A stretch of DNA of 64,000 bases from Lama guanicoe (Eukaryota). Below the pieces are notes generated by a model. That model ran no database searches. It worked only from the letters and a program-made list of their open reading frames with translations, and was not told where the DNA came from. Numbering within the stretch: position 1 is the stretch's first letter; every line of letters starts with the position of its first letter. The stretch is taken from positions 1,023,285 through 1,087,284 of the forward strand of contig MU053934.1 in NCBI GenBank assembly GCA_013239625.1. The letters run 5' to 3'. A program made the translations under genes and the position numbers. Of the stretch, positions 48,892-61,079 are shown one piece after another.

Positions 48892-49306
48892 TGTTAGAAC
48901 TAAATATTTGTGTTTCCCCCACAAATCCCTGTGTTGACGCTCTACCTGTCAGTATAGCTGTATTTGGCGATGAAGCCTCTAAGGAAGCAATTAAAATTAA
49001 ATGAGGGGAGAAGGCTGGGTGCCTTAGGATTAGTGTCCTTCTAGGAAGAAATACATGAAAGGTCACGCACTCCACCCTGCCTCCTGCTCCTGCACAAGCA
49101 CTGAAAAAAGGCCATGTGAGCACAAAGCAAGAAGGCAGCTGCCTACAAGTCAGGAAGAGAGAGGAGAGCTCTCACTAGAAGCCAAATTTGCCAGCACCTT
49201 GATCTGGGACTTCCAAGCCTCCGGAACTGTGAGAAAATACATTTCTTTGGTTTAAGCCACCCAATCTATGGGCATTTTGTTATGGCAGCTCTAGCTGACT
49301 AAGACA
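48892..49306 (+). mobile_element. MLT1A-like MaLR solo LTR (complete, TG...CA)
   Basis: tgttagaactaaatatttgtgtttccccc...aggccatgtgagcaca...ttgatctgggacttccaagcctccggaactgtgagaaaatacatttc...tttgttatggcagctctagctgactaagaca. Confidence 0.9.
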
Positions 49307-49357
49307 GGAGGGTCAATGTTTTGCCCAAGGCTCCCCAATGAATATATGGAAGAGCCA

Positions 49358-49824
49358 GTGTATTAGTTAACTGTTGCTATGTAACATACCACAGCAAAAC
49401 TTAGCAACTCAAACACCAGTCATTTATGATTTATAACTTATCTGCTGATTTTCCAAAGGTTGGCCAATCTCGGCAGGACTCTGCTCTGGACAGGTTTTTT
49501 CCACATGTCTCTAATCCTCTTCCTGGGATCAGCAGAGTAGCCTGGGAAGGTCCCGCTCATGGCCATGGCATAGGTAAAAGAGAACAGGTGGAAACATGCG
49601 CATGGTCTTGGAACTGCCGCATGCTCACTTCTGTCTCATTCTGTTGGCCAAGGCAAGTCTTGGAAATGGAATGTGTTTGCTTCTACCTCATTCTGTCGGC
49701 TAAAGTAGATCAAATACCTGATCCCAGATGTGTAATAGGAGGATGTTGCAAAGGGTCATGACAAAGGGTGTGGATTCTGGGGAGAGGGGCACAAAAAATA
49801 AGGATCATTAAGGCAACCTAACAC
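49358..49824 (-). mobile_element. MLT1H-like MaLR LTR
   Basis: tgtattagttaactgttgctatgtaacataccac...cattctgttggccaaggcaagtc...tgcaaagggtcatgacaaagggtgtggat. Confidence 0.7.
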
Positions 49825-49907
49825 ATCCAGAATTCAAATCCAGGTCTCCTTTGGCCCTATTTAGGGTTATTTTTGCAATTGCTAATTATTTTTATTTTTA
49901 ATGAGAA

Positions 49908-49930
49908 ACACACACACACACACACACACA
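49908..49930. repeat. (CA)n microsatellite
   Basis: Direct reading. Confidence 0.9.
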
Positions 49931-51829
49931 ACTCTTCCAGTGTTTTTTCCCCCTAAATCCCACTTATAACCTAATACCGTCCATTCTAATGCCTCACATT
50001 GTACCTCCTATACCATGACCAGTGTCTTCCTATATTTTCAAACCTGGGGACCTAAGCTTTTCTTTCCTTCTTCCTTCTTTGTTAAAACCTACTCTCAAGG
50101 GGCTTAACTGTAAGGGGAAAAAAAAAGCTGATCACTAAATTTTGATAACTTGTGTTTTGCTAAAGCAAATAGATACTGAGTGTTTAATCTGTATGTGGCT
50201 CTGTGCCTGGTGGTAGGATGTTGGTCTTAGAGATGAATCATAAAAGAGTTTTCAAAGAGCCTGCACTCCAGTGGGGGAAATAGTACATGCACATAATTAT
50301 TTTCATCCCTGTGCAAAAACTTCTGGACCATAGCACCAAGCAACATCCTCACAATGCAGGCATTTGAACCCCGTTCTTTGGGTTGCCAATGAGATTTTGC
50401 AATCCTACAACTTAGATTAGAAGGAAAAGGAGCCTGCATCTTGGAGTGATGGGAAATCTGGAAGGCATTTGAGGTGGAAAGTCTGTCAGAGATGACAAAG
50501 TCTCAAGTGGATGAACAATGGTAATAATAGTAATGATGCACATCTCCCAGCCTTACTTACACCCAGTCCTCTGCTGAGAAGTCACTCCCCCTTCCCTCCC
50601 TATCTATCTAAAATACACAGGTCCACCAAATGCTGGGTCAAATTACAGTCCCTCTGTGACAAAGTTCCCAAGAATCGCATTCTGCACACATCACTCCTAA
50701 TTTCTGTCTTCCCATAGAAGGAATGGGAAATTGACTGTCAGGAAGCCAGGAGCCAAGTTTGTACTCACTTGTGTTTTTTTCCTAATTGTTTTATGTGTAA
50801 ATGCTTTGTCTTCATGACAGGAGAACACATTCCTTAAGGGAAAAAACAATACGTCTTCTCTTCATTTTGTCCCCTAATGATGCTTAATATATGTAGCCAA
50901 TGCTCAGAAAATAATGCCCATTCGGTAAACAGCACCATGGCTTATGCCTGGCTGTTCAGGAAGAGAGAGGAACAGGATGCTGTCCCCACCCTCAAAATGC
51001 TGCCAATCTCCTAGGAAATACAGGCGTTTAAAGAGTTGTGGCAGGGTCCCGCTACAGAATGAATTTGTATCACCCCACCTCAACTTCACCAAGGAAGCTA
51101 CCAAAAAATAACATAAACTTGCAGAAGATTATGAGCTATAGAGATGCTCTGAGGTTAAAACAGATGGGAGGGAAACAGACAGGCATCCTTAGGTCACTGC
51201 AGGTGGCCTCCCTTACCTCAGTCTCCAGAAGCTGTCCTCAGAAGGCTATGTGACACTTTATGTGTTGTGGTCCTAAAGTAAAACCTACCTGAGCATGGGA
51301 AGAGGACCAAGAGGAAAGAAGAATTCTAGGGACTTGAGAGGACTCAATACGCGGTCCTGACTTAAAAATAAAGAGCCAGCCCAGAGCTGACTTCTTTCAA
51401 AGAATGTGCTTTCACTGATGGATGGAAGGACTTTGTTTCCAAGCCATGGTGGTGCACAGAATGGATGGTCCCGCTTCTGCCTTGGTGTCCCAGCCCTGGC
51501 TTCAAGGCGTCTTCTTGTCATCTCCCACTTCCCCACACCAGGCGGTGGTGTATGCCCGTGTCCTCCCGCTCCTCGACACAGCTCACCTAAGCTGGCTTCC
51601 AGGGGGCAAAGGAGGGAGACCAGCCTGGACTTGCTCTGAGGTGCTCTGTCATTAGGTACGGACTTCTTCTCAGCACCAGGGACGGGACAGCTGAAGGATG
51701 TTACCAGAAGGAGCAGGGGGAGGTCTGAGCCTCTGCTGGCTGAAGACAGACTAGGAGGCATAAGATACCCCCGTCCAACCCCCAGCTCCACATGAAAGAG
51801 GGGCAGAAACTTGGTTATAGCGTAATAGA

Positions 51830-53600
51830 ATTTTTAAATCAAATTTATTGAGCTAAAATTCAGATACAATAAAAGAATGCACCCACTTTAAGTGAGCAGT
51901 GTGAAATATTTTGACATATGTATACCCCTGTATAACCTATACCCCAGTGAAGACAGAAACTTCCTGAGAATGTTCCCTCCTGCCCTTCCCAGTCAACTCC
52001 CCTTGCCTTCCAGCCTAGACAGCCACTGATCTTATCAACAGAGACCAATTTTGCCTATTCCAGGACTTCACATAAATGAAATCTTGCAATTTGTACTCCT
52101 TTGTGTCTGGCTTCGTTGCTTCAGCATAATTATTCCCAATATTAAAGTTTTCAAACATACAGAAAAGTTAGAAGAACTTATAGTAAATTCCTATATACCT
52201 GCCACCTAAATTCCACTGTTAACCATTTACTTGCTTTATTCCGTATCTATTTGTTTACTAATCTATTCGTCCATCAATCTAGCCTATTTCTCATGCATTT
52301 CAAAGTAACTTGCAGATGTCAATCAACCCCCCCTAAATATTTCAGAACGTATTGCTACCTTGAATCACTATTTGCTTACATATTTCCTTTTAAAGTAAAA
52401 TCAACATAGAATAAAACACACAAATATTAAGCGTCTATTTTCTGAGTTTTGACAAACACGTGTGATGCAAATCCTTATAAACCACGGACTGTAATCATCC
52501 CTCCAGAGTTCCCAAGTGCCTTTTCTCAGGCGATACTCCACGTTCCTTCTGCCAAGGTAGCAACTTCTGTTCGGATTTTTTTTTTTCCATAACAGTTCAG
52601 CTTTGTTCATTGCACACATTTATATAATATATATGAACATATATTTTTCTTCTCACTAGGTAAATCTGTGATTGGATTGCAGAAGACTGTGGGGTAACTG
52701 TATGATTACTTTTGTAAGAAACTGCCAGATCTTTATTCAAAGCATTTCTACCATTTTATGTCAAAATTAATGAAATTTGTGTTTGCTCCACATACTTGCC
52801 AACATTTGGTGCTATCAGATTTCTTTTCTTTCTTCCTTCCTTTCTCTGTTTCTTTTATTATTTTTTAAATTTTTAGCCATTCCCATTACTGCGTGGTGGC
52901 TTCTTACTGTGGTTTTAACCTGCATTTCCCTTTACCCGTGTTTATTAGTCATTCATATGTCTTCTTCTATGCAGTGTCTGGCTTCTTTGCTTCCATGTTT
53001 TTAGTTGTTGTTGTTGAGTGTTGGAACTTCTTTCTATAACTTGGATATAAGTCTTGTGTTTGATGTACACATTGTGATTTTTTTTGTCCCTGTTAGTGGC
53101 TTACATTTTCATTTTCTTAGCAGTACCTTTGGGGAGAAGTTTAATTTTCCAATATTTTTCTTTTATGGCTAGTGAATTTTGGATGTCCTTTCAAAGAAAC
53201 CTTTGCCTGCGTCAAGGTCATGAAGGTATAGTTTTATTTCCCTAGAAATTTTATAGTTCTAGCTTTTAGAGCAAGGTCTGTAATCCATTATAAGTTTATA
53301 TTGTGAGATAGGGGTTAAGGTTTATTTTTTTCCTCTGTGGATTTTGGAAGGAAAACTGTGTAGGGTTGCTGTTATGTTGTATTTGAATGTTTGATAGAAG
53401 TCACCATTTGAAGGCATCTATGGGGTTTAATTGCTAATTCAATTTATTTGATACATGGCTTTGGACTTTCTATTTCTTCTTCAGTCAGTTTTGTTCATTT
53501 GTATATTTCAGGGAACTTGTCCATTTCATCTAGGTTATAAAATGTATTGGAATATAACTGTTCACAACATTTTTACTATCAGTTTAGTGTCTGAATGACT
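51830..53600 (-). mobile_element. Cluster of ancient L1M 3'/ORF2 fragments (at least three pieces)
   Basis: aatttattgagctaaaattcagatacaataaaagaatgcacccactttaagtg; ttttcaaacatacagaaaagttagaagaa; ccacatacttgccaacatttgg. Confidence 0.8.
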
Positions 53601-53705
53601 CGGCATTGTCCTTAAAACAGAAAGCCAGTAAATCTAAGATACCATGATGTGTGTGGAGTAAAGGTGGGAGAGCACAGGAAATTCTTAAAGTGACATCAAG
53701 TTTAG

Positions 53706-53886
53706 ATTTTTTTAAAACATTTTTTATTGATTTATAGTCATGGTACAATGTTTTGTCAAATTCCAGTGTAGAGCACACATTTTCAGTTGTACATGAACAT
53801 ACATACATTCATTGTTGCATTTTTTTCACTGTGAGCTACCGCAAGATCTTGTCTATATTTCCCTATGCTATACAGTATAATACTGT
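53706..53886 (-). mobile_element. Young 5'-truncated L1 3' end (camelid-like), with TSD
   Basis: ttttttaaaacattttttattgatttatagtcatggtacaatgttttgtcaaattccagtgtagagcac...ccctatgctatacagtataa. TSD tttagatttt at 53701-53710 and 53890-53899. Same family as 6014-6137. Confidence 0.8.
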
Positions 53887-54669
53887 AATTTTAGATTTTA
53901 AAGAGGAAGAGGAATTATCCAAGTAAGAAGGTGATGAAGGCTAGGTAGAGAGAGATGCATGTACGAAGAACCAGGACAAAAGGGGGCCGGACCCTGTCAA
54001 AATACTATAGGAAGTTCAGTGTGGAGGATTATGGAGAAGATAGTATGAACCATGAGAGAACTGTAGAGAAGCCTTGAAGGCCTGATACAAAAGTTTTCTC
54101 AGGTCCCCATTTACTTGGCATTTTGTGTATGGGAATCGCCTCTGTGATGAGAATATAAACCCCATGAATGCAAGTTTTTTGGCCAGTTTTGTTGATCACT
54201 TTATCCCCACGACCTACAACAGTGCCTGACATGTAGCTAGAACTCAATAAATCTTTGTTGATGAGTGAATCAATTTATGAATCCCTAAATGTGTCCCTAT
54301 TAAAAATATGTGCTATAAAGTTTAAAGAACAACAAAGCTGAGTTGAGGTGGGAGTCCTGGGAGGTTGGCCAGGCTGTCTGCCAGTCCTCACGCCCCAACC
54401 TGCCAGCATGGGTGATTCACATCAGTGCATGGACAGTTACAACATCCTCTGTCCTGAGGGTGTCACACCAGGCTTCTATCTGAGGTACAGGGAAAGGCTT
54501 CTGATTCTAGGCTGCTCCTCAGAATGAAATGCACCAATAGAGAAAGAAGCAAGGGGAGCTCTTGAAAGCTAAGGAGGAGGAATTGTAAAATAAATTATTC
54601 CTGCTCCAGCCCCGACCCCATAGCATAGAAGTCCGCAGCAATAAAGCCTGCCAGCTATACCCAACTGTG

Positions 54670-54835
54670 ACATTTCACAAAGTTACAAGACTTCACCACC
54701 ATCCAGCTGTAGGGGCGAGGCAATTCTTCCCATTTTATAGATGGGAAAACTGAGGCTCAGAGAGGTTAAGTCGCTTTGCCCAGTGTCACAGGGCCACTCA
54801 GAGTATGGAAAGGATGACATTCAGGGCTCTTGATT
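54670..54835 (-). mobile_element. MIR SINE
   Basis: cccattttatagatgggaaaactgaggctcagagaggttaagtcgctttgcccagtgtcaca. Confidence 0.85.
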
Positions 54836-55079
54836 CAGATACAATAATACACAGTAACACACAGCTCAAGCATCACCTTCGCATCACCTTCTTTGTGATA
54901 CTTTCTTTCCTCCCTGTTAGAACTATCCATTTCCCCTTGTGTCTCCTTTCCATCCAGATTTCAGTAAATATTTATAACACCCGTTTACAAGCCTGTCTCC
55001 TCACGGTCAGTAACCGTATTCCCCATGCCTAACACAGTGTCTAACTAACGAACACATAGTAGGTACCAGAGCTGGTCAC

Positions 55080-55275
55080 TGCATAGCATAGCAGTTAAGG
55101 ATACAGGAATCAGAAAGCTGGGTTTAAATTCCAACTGTACTGTTTATCAGCTGTAAGGCATTGGACAGGTTACTTACACTTCTCATGCCTCAATTTAATC
55201 ATCTGTAAAATCATGCACACTGAAGTCCAATACATAGTAAGTGTTCAATAACCATTAGCTGTTATTACCATTAAC
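55080..55275 (+). mobile_element. MIR SINE
   Basis: gcatagcagttaagg...ctgggtttaaattcc...catagtaagtgttcaataaccattagctgttatt. Confidence 0.75.
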
Positions 55276-56205
55276 AATAAAGATGCATTGAATATCATCT
55301 TCCAGCAAACATACTAATTCCCCAAAGACACGGCCATTTAGTGATCCTGGCTTGCTGGCCCACAGTCCCATCTAGACCGGTGTTGAAATGAAGTTGGAGG
55401 GGAGAAGAAATTACAGGACAATGCGGGCTCACATGTGGGGGGCAGAGATAATTCAGCCTTCTGCAAATGGAAATTAATCATCCTGGCTTTACTCAGCAGG
55501 CAGGCAGCAAGAATGCCAGCTTGCCCCTTCCCTGCCACTGACTGGATTGTTCAGGAAATGAAGCAAGAAATGGAATTGTTGGAGGAGGCAGCCCCATGGA
55601 CTGCCTCCCCCACATCAGATACAGGCATTATCAGCTCTCTCTCCCTTCTCACTGTTGCTGCTCACTTAGCCACCCAGGGCGCCAGGCTCCCAGCACAAAA
55701 GCTCGTGCTTCCAGCATTGTTATTCCTTAGATTAATCTGGTTTCAATATGTTCTAACAATACATATTTTATCTCTGAATGCTAAAAAAAAAAAAAACCTA
55801 TCTGCTACAGTTGGAATAGACTCCAAGGTATCAGATGCTTATGCTAAAAATGTCGCTGCAGAGTCACACACACATCGCACATGTCCCCTCGTTCCTGGGA
55901 GAACATTTTCCTGAGTGGATGGTGGTCCACTTCCTGAGCCTCCTTATCAAAATGATTAATAGGATACTGTGGTGCTGCTTCATACACAGGCAGAGCTTTC
56001 TACTTTTTCTTGCAAACACTTTGTGAAGTGCCTTCGGCCCTAATGTTAATTGCATGACGTGGCTGGGATTCATATCACTCACTGCCTATTTTTTTACAGA
56101 AGGGAAAAATTGAGACACAGAGCCTTTATCTGATCTGGCTGAAGTCATGGCTACAGCCAGTGACACATTTTCCTGTCTTCCAGAGCCATGATTTTTCTAC
56201 AGCAA

Positions 56206-56550
56206 TGTGGTAGACACCTGTTACCTACCCAGCATACCTTCTCCGTTTTTCTAAGAAAAAACGACAGCATACGCAGCTAATAATATTCACCTCTTTGTAT
56301 TTTTCTGCAGCCAGGTGTGGCCACGTGGGCCTGTACTGGCCTTGCGAAGTGTCTGAGAAATCAGTTTAAAGAATACAGCCTGATCCCTCTCCTTCAGCCT
56401 TGCGGCCCCATCTTGTCTTGACTGTAATGTAAACATAGGTGTCTGGAAGTGTGGCAGCCATCTTGGGACCATGAGGCGATAAGCACTGGGGCGGAGTGCT
56501 AAGGATGGCAGAGGGAGATGATGAAGAGAGCCTAGCGTCCTTGTGGCAGA
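56206..56550 (+). mobile_element. MLT1J-like LTR, 3'-truncated
   Basis: tgtggtagacac...tgcagccaggtgtggccacgtg...ggcagccatcttgggaccatgagg...ctaaggatggcagag. It stops abruptly at the duplicated segment. Confidence 0.75.
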
Positions 56551-56556
56551 AACCCT

Positions 56557-56678
56557 ACTGTCAATTGAGTGCAGCGTCGGAGGGAGCAGAAATAAACACA
56601 TGTGTTCAGTAAATAGCCTTTACCCAGATGCCTTTTGGAGGTGGAATCTTAAACGCTGTGAGCGGCAGAGACCCGGAG
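56557..56678 (+). repeat. Dispersed ~122-bp duplicate of 63255-63377 (~82% identity)
   Basis: Manual alignment gives about 22 differences in ~123 columns, same orientation. Confidence 0.9.
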
Positions 56679-59394
56679 TGTGACCGTGAATTGCCTGTAG
56701 CCCTTCTCTTTGTACAGAACTTAGTCATGCGCCTGCACTCAGGTTCAAGGAAGACTGGGAAAGCATTGTCAGTTCCAGGCGTCTGTGTGCTTAGCTAAAA
56801 ATGAGAATTGCTTTTATTTTATACTAATAATGAGTCTATTAAAAAGTCAGGGTTGTTTAATTGTTCTGTTTCATGGGTGATAAAACTGAGGCACTGAGAT
56901 TGGCTTTGATGTCAATAGATGTAGGTTTGAATCCTGGCTCTGCCATTTACTGATTCCCGGATTCGGGGCAAACTGTTTAACCTTTCTAAGTCTCAATAAC
57001 ATGAAATGAACTTGACACTGGTCCCTGGTATGGAGTCATCACTGCTGTGATGATGGGGCGAACTCCAGGCCTTACCTGAGAGCGGCAGTCTCACCTGTCG
57101 GCTCCAGCTCAGCATGGTGTTCTCACACCTAGAATAGCCCCTGATGTAGGGTAAGCCCTGAGTAAATATTTGTTGGAAGAATAAATTAAGTTAATGAGTC
57201 AGAACTGGACCCTGGATGACTTCAGCTCCAGGCCCACGCTGTTCCTATGTTGCCAGAATGCCAGGTCTCCCTGCCATGCTTCTCTCTGCAGATAAGCCAC
57301 AAAACCCACATCGAATCTGTCTGGATCCAGGAATAATGCCTCAATGGCAACACGGAGAAATAAACGCAAGCTTTGTGATTAAAAAAAAGGAAAAGAAACA
57401 TGCACCAGCTAACCAGAAACTGGAGCGAGTGTGAGCTACGAGGCAGATTCACTGCCTTTCACCTGGGCTTTGACTGAGACAAAGAGCCTTTGAGAAACCA
57501 TGTCCCTCCTCCTTCCCAGAGTGGGACGCCCTGACTTACCTCCCGTAATCAGCAAAGGCCGCTGCAGACCCAGGGCTGAATCTGGCTGGCTAGCTGGCTG
57601 TCTGCCCCACATCCATCTGCATTCCCTTCTCCAAAGGAGAGGCATTCTCTGCGCCTCTTTCCATAAAGACCCTGTCCTCTCTTCTTACGAGTTTTCCAAT
57701 TTGAAATCCTAGGATAGGGGCACATCGTGTCACTCACTTACAGCCAAGCCTTGCTTCCAAAATAAGTCAGCAGCTGGCAACTGATCATAAAATCAAAATG
57801 CTTGTTTAGGAACAGAGATGGGCAGAGGGAGAGCAAGCTCTTAGGGGAAAGCAAGTGAGAGAAACGTGCGTTTGGTCTCAGAAGCTCTGCACGGAACTCT
57901 CACTGCACTCCACTACGCAGAGCTGTGATCTGAGCCAGTCACTTAAACTCTCAGAGCCTTGCAGGTGCCAACTGCGTAATGGGGAGATGATGCTCTTCTC
58001 ACAGAGATCTTGTGGGATGAAGGAGCTGGTGCTCATTAAAGTACCTTTAAAACTCTTAGATTTGGGGCAAGTAAAGGGGCTTATTACCCTTAGACAGCTA
58101 GAGATTTGGTAATACTACGTGCCCTGTGCCTTCTTCTTACCAGCTAACTATTTCTCTCTCTACATATATCTGATGAAATTGGCTTAAAATGGATATAATT
58201 GCATTCATATATCTGAATGGTTTTAGGAGAAATAAAGATTAAACTGGTTCTGTTAACTCCGCAAATCAGACCCATGGCCAATGAGAAGAAATGAGAAACG
58301 TTGGTTTCTACTTAGGAAAAAAGAAGAACTAACAAGAATGCCTAATGGTCGGAAGTGCCAACATCTGGAAAAGCCACCTGGAGGTGACGGTGCCCCCTCA
58401 CTGGAGACTCAGGCCATGGGGCAGTACTGCTGGCGGAGATGTCACAGAATTCACGCCTCCCTCAGGGAGCTCGGCTCTAATCCATTTAGAGCCCTTTCCA
58501 TGCCCAGTTCTGATCTGATGATTCTAGCACGACCAATATGCCAGCAAGGGGCAACCTGCCCCTTCATTTGAAAGACCCCAGTCCCACAGATTGACTTGCC
58601 ACATGCAGGCTATAACGTAATAGAAACTTAGTATGATCAAAGAAACAGGAACAAGAAATGAACAATTTGCAGGTGAATTCTTGGAATGGAAGAGAGAATG
58701 AAAGTGAATAAATGAACAGCTGCAGAACTCCAAGAACTCAGAGGACCTTGGGAGGAGTATGCAAAGGTGATGCGGGAGGAAGAAGAGAGAAAACAGCTGA
58801 TGCGAGTGTCCAGCCACAGACGAGCGTGGCCAGGATGCAAACTCAAGAGAGCACACATTTCTCCACCTGCACTTTCGACAGAGCCAGTCACAGGTGGGGG
58901 GGGGCACCCCAGGCTGAGGAATGGGGTGAGCAACCAGCAGCATGTGTCCAGCCTCACTTGTGCTGACCACTCACCATTGTCACACACAGATGTTCTGGCT
59001 GTCACTCTGCCGGGGCCTTCCTGTTTATTATTTTTGTGTCTCCAGGCAGCGACATTCTTGTCAAATGGAGATGGTGTGTCAGGTCAGATTACTCCCAGGA
59101 TGATGTGAAGAGACAAGCGCTGATGGAAGGTGCCACTTCCTTGGTTCGGATGCACACACTAGTCACCAGCGATTAATGCTGCTCCATTGGCCTTGCCTTC
59201 CTGTTGGAATATGCCTCCATGTGCTAGGAAGGGAAGGAGGAAGCACTTCCCAGGGCTTTAGATGTCTAGGCCACGAGTCTCTGTGCTGGTTGCAGGAATA
59301 GTGGAAGAGTGGGGTATGGAAGAGCGAAAGGAAGAGGATGTATCACCCTACTAGGGGCCAGGTACCCTGCTGGGTGGTTCACAAACCTTGTCTT

Positions 59395-59575
59395 AGTTTA
59401 GCAGAGTGGCCAAGAGCCTGGCCGTTTGGATTGGGCAGACCTGATTTTAAATTCTGAGTCTGCCACTCATTCGTGACCATAAGCAAGTTACTTAAACTCT
59501 GTGAGTATCAATTTCCTAACTTGTAAAACTGGGATGGGAATAGCTACCTTACAGTTTTGTGTAGGACTAAATATA
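59395..59575 (+). mobile_element. MIR SINE
   Basis: ggcagacctgattttaaattctgagtctgccact...gcaagttacttaaactctgtgag...tgtaaaactgggatgggaatagctacct. Confidence 0.75.
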
Positions 59576-59610
59576 ATTATTAATTTGTTCACCCGACAAA
59601 TATTCAGGAG

Positions 59611-59619
59611 ATATATATA

Positions 59620-59654
<35 letters not shown>
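59611..59654. repeat. Compound (TA)n(TG)n(TA)n microsatellite within an antisense L2 tail (~59578-59800)
   Basis: Direct reading. Confidence 0.9.
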
Positions 59655-60172
59655 TCCACCCATATGTATATGGAATACATAGATATTCCACCCATACCCC
59701 TGCCCCACCATCGCTGGAATATAGCAGTAAAGAAAACAGATAAAATTCCTACCTTCATGAGCTTTACACTCTATTGATGGGAGACAGAAAATAAAACTAA
59801 TAAACAGTTATAACGTACATTAAAAATTTAGAATTTCTGACACACAGAAAACATTTGATAAATGCTGTAATTCAATCTTTATATCACTCCTCTGAAGCAT
59901 TGTTAGCCCCAGTGAGGAAGCCAAATATGTTTAAATAACTTGCTCAAGATCACATAGCCAGATCTTTGCTCAATTAGGAACACTCAAAGGATGGAAATCA
60001 ACAGGGGTGCGTGTGCACACAAGTGCCCCCCTGCTTCTCAAGTCAGCTGAAGCCATGACCTAGAAACAAAGTGAAAAGTTCCCAGAGAACCATTCACAAA
60101 GTGTTGGATCACCTTTGAGCAGGTGGGTTGAACTAACTCTTATTCCTAAAGGTGACTGAGAGATGCCTCCCC

Positions 60173-60286
60173 TAGGTTGACCAGCAGTCCCACTCTTCCT
60201 GGGACGAATGGTTTTCCTAGGGTGGGGCAATTTCAGTACTAAAATCAGGTCAGTCCTGGGTAAACTGAGACGGGTTGGTCAATGTA
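60173..60286 (+). mobile_element. MER81-like hAT-Blackjack MITE (full length, 114 bp)
   Basis: taggttgaccagcagtccc...tttcagtactaaaatcagg...cgggttggtcaatgta, with degenerate TIRs. Confidence 0.8.
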
Positions 60287-60669
60287 GCTAAGACCAAAGC
60301 CATATTTCATTTCTTAAGCCACGCAATAAAGCTGGAGTATTTCCAAAGGCAGAAATAAATAGGGAACACCAGCAAACAGAAAGAAGAATCAGGCAGGGAG
60401 AGCAAGACGTCTGGGAAAGCCACCTCCACCCTTGAGCCAAAACTTCCAGTACCTGAAAAATAGTCACCTTATCTTATCAATTTCTCTGTGGGATCCAGCT
60501 CTGGAACACGTGGGCAGTGAACAGTGACCACCTGGTTGAGCACTGCCTAACCATCTCAGTGAAAGCAGAAAGTTAGTCAATAATCATTAAATAAATGTAG
60601 CTCCTGGGCTGTTTGCTACCTGTATCAATAATCCATCCTTGAGCTCTGGCTCAATTTTTTAGAGTAATA

Positions 60670-60865
60670 GGCACCGCAAAATTGGAAAGAGTGCTGAACT
60701 TGGCATTTGACATCCCAGCTCTGCTTCTTATGAGTCAGGTGCCTTTGCCAAGTCACTTAGTCTCTATGAGTTTCAGAGTTCTCATTTGTAAAGTGGAGAT
60801 AAATTATTACCTTCCCTATAATAATGGATTCACATGAGAACCGAGTTAAACAATGTATGTGCTTT
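60670..60865 (+). mobile_element. MIR SINE
   Basis: tcccagctctgcttctta...caagtcacttagtctctatgagtttcag..ttctcatttgtaaagtggagata. Confidence 0.75.
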
Positions 60866-61079
60866 CACTTTGCAGCTTTGAATTTGAGGTTCTAGGGTCT
60901 GCCACACTTAGGCTACCTCCCCTCGTATCCAGACCAAATTTTGAACCTTGTTTTATTTCCATAGTTTTGCTAATTGTTTGATTATTCCCTGCCCCATTTC
61001 ACTCTCCTTTCATTTCCTATCAGATACAATGCAAAGCATTGTCCAGGTACGACCTACAGCATCACCTGCCTTCTGCCTG

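Noticed and set aside
51285..51791. 168-aa minus-strand ORF in GC-richer unique DNA
   Set aside because: No recognisable homology or splice signals; higher GC makes long chance ORFs more likely.
58716..59108. 131-codon open frame with a charged, helix-like stretch (AELQELRGPWEEYAKVMREEEERKQLMR)
   Set aside because: In-frame stop immediately upstream, no polypyrimidine acceptor, no recognisable homology. It is explained by purine-rich composition; blastp/PhyloCSF would settle it.
59348..59361. CTCF-like motif ctactaggggccag
   Set aside because: Mismatches in core positions; cannot be supported without ChIP data.
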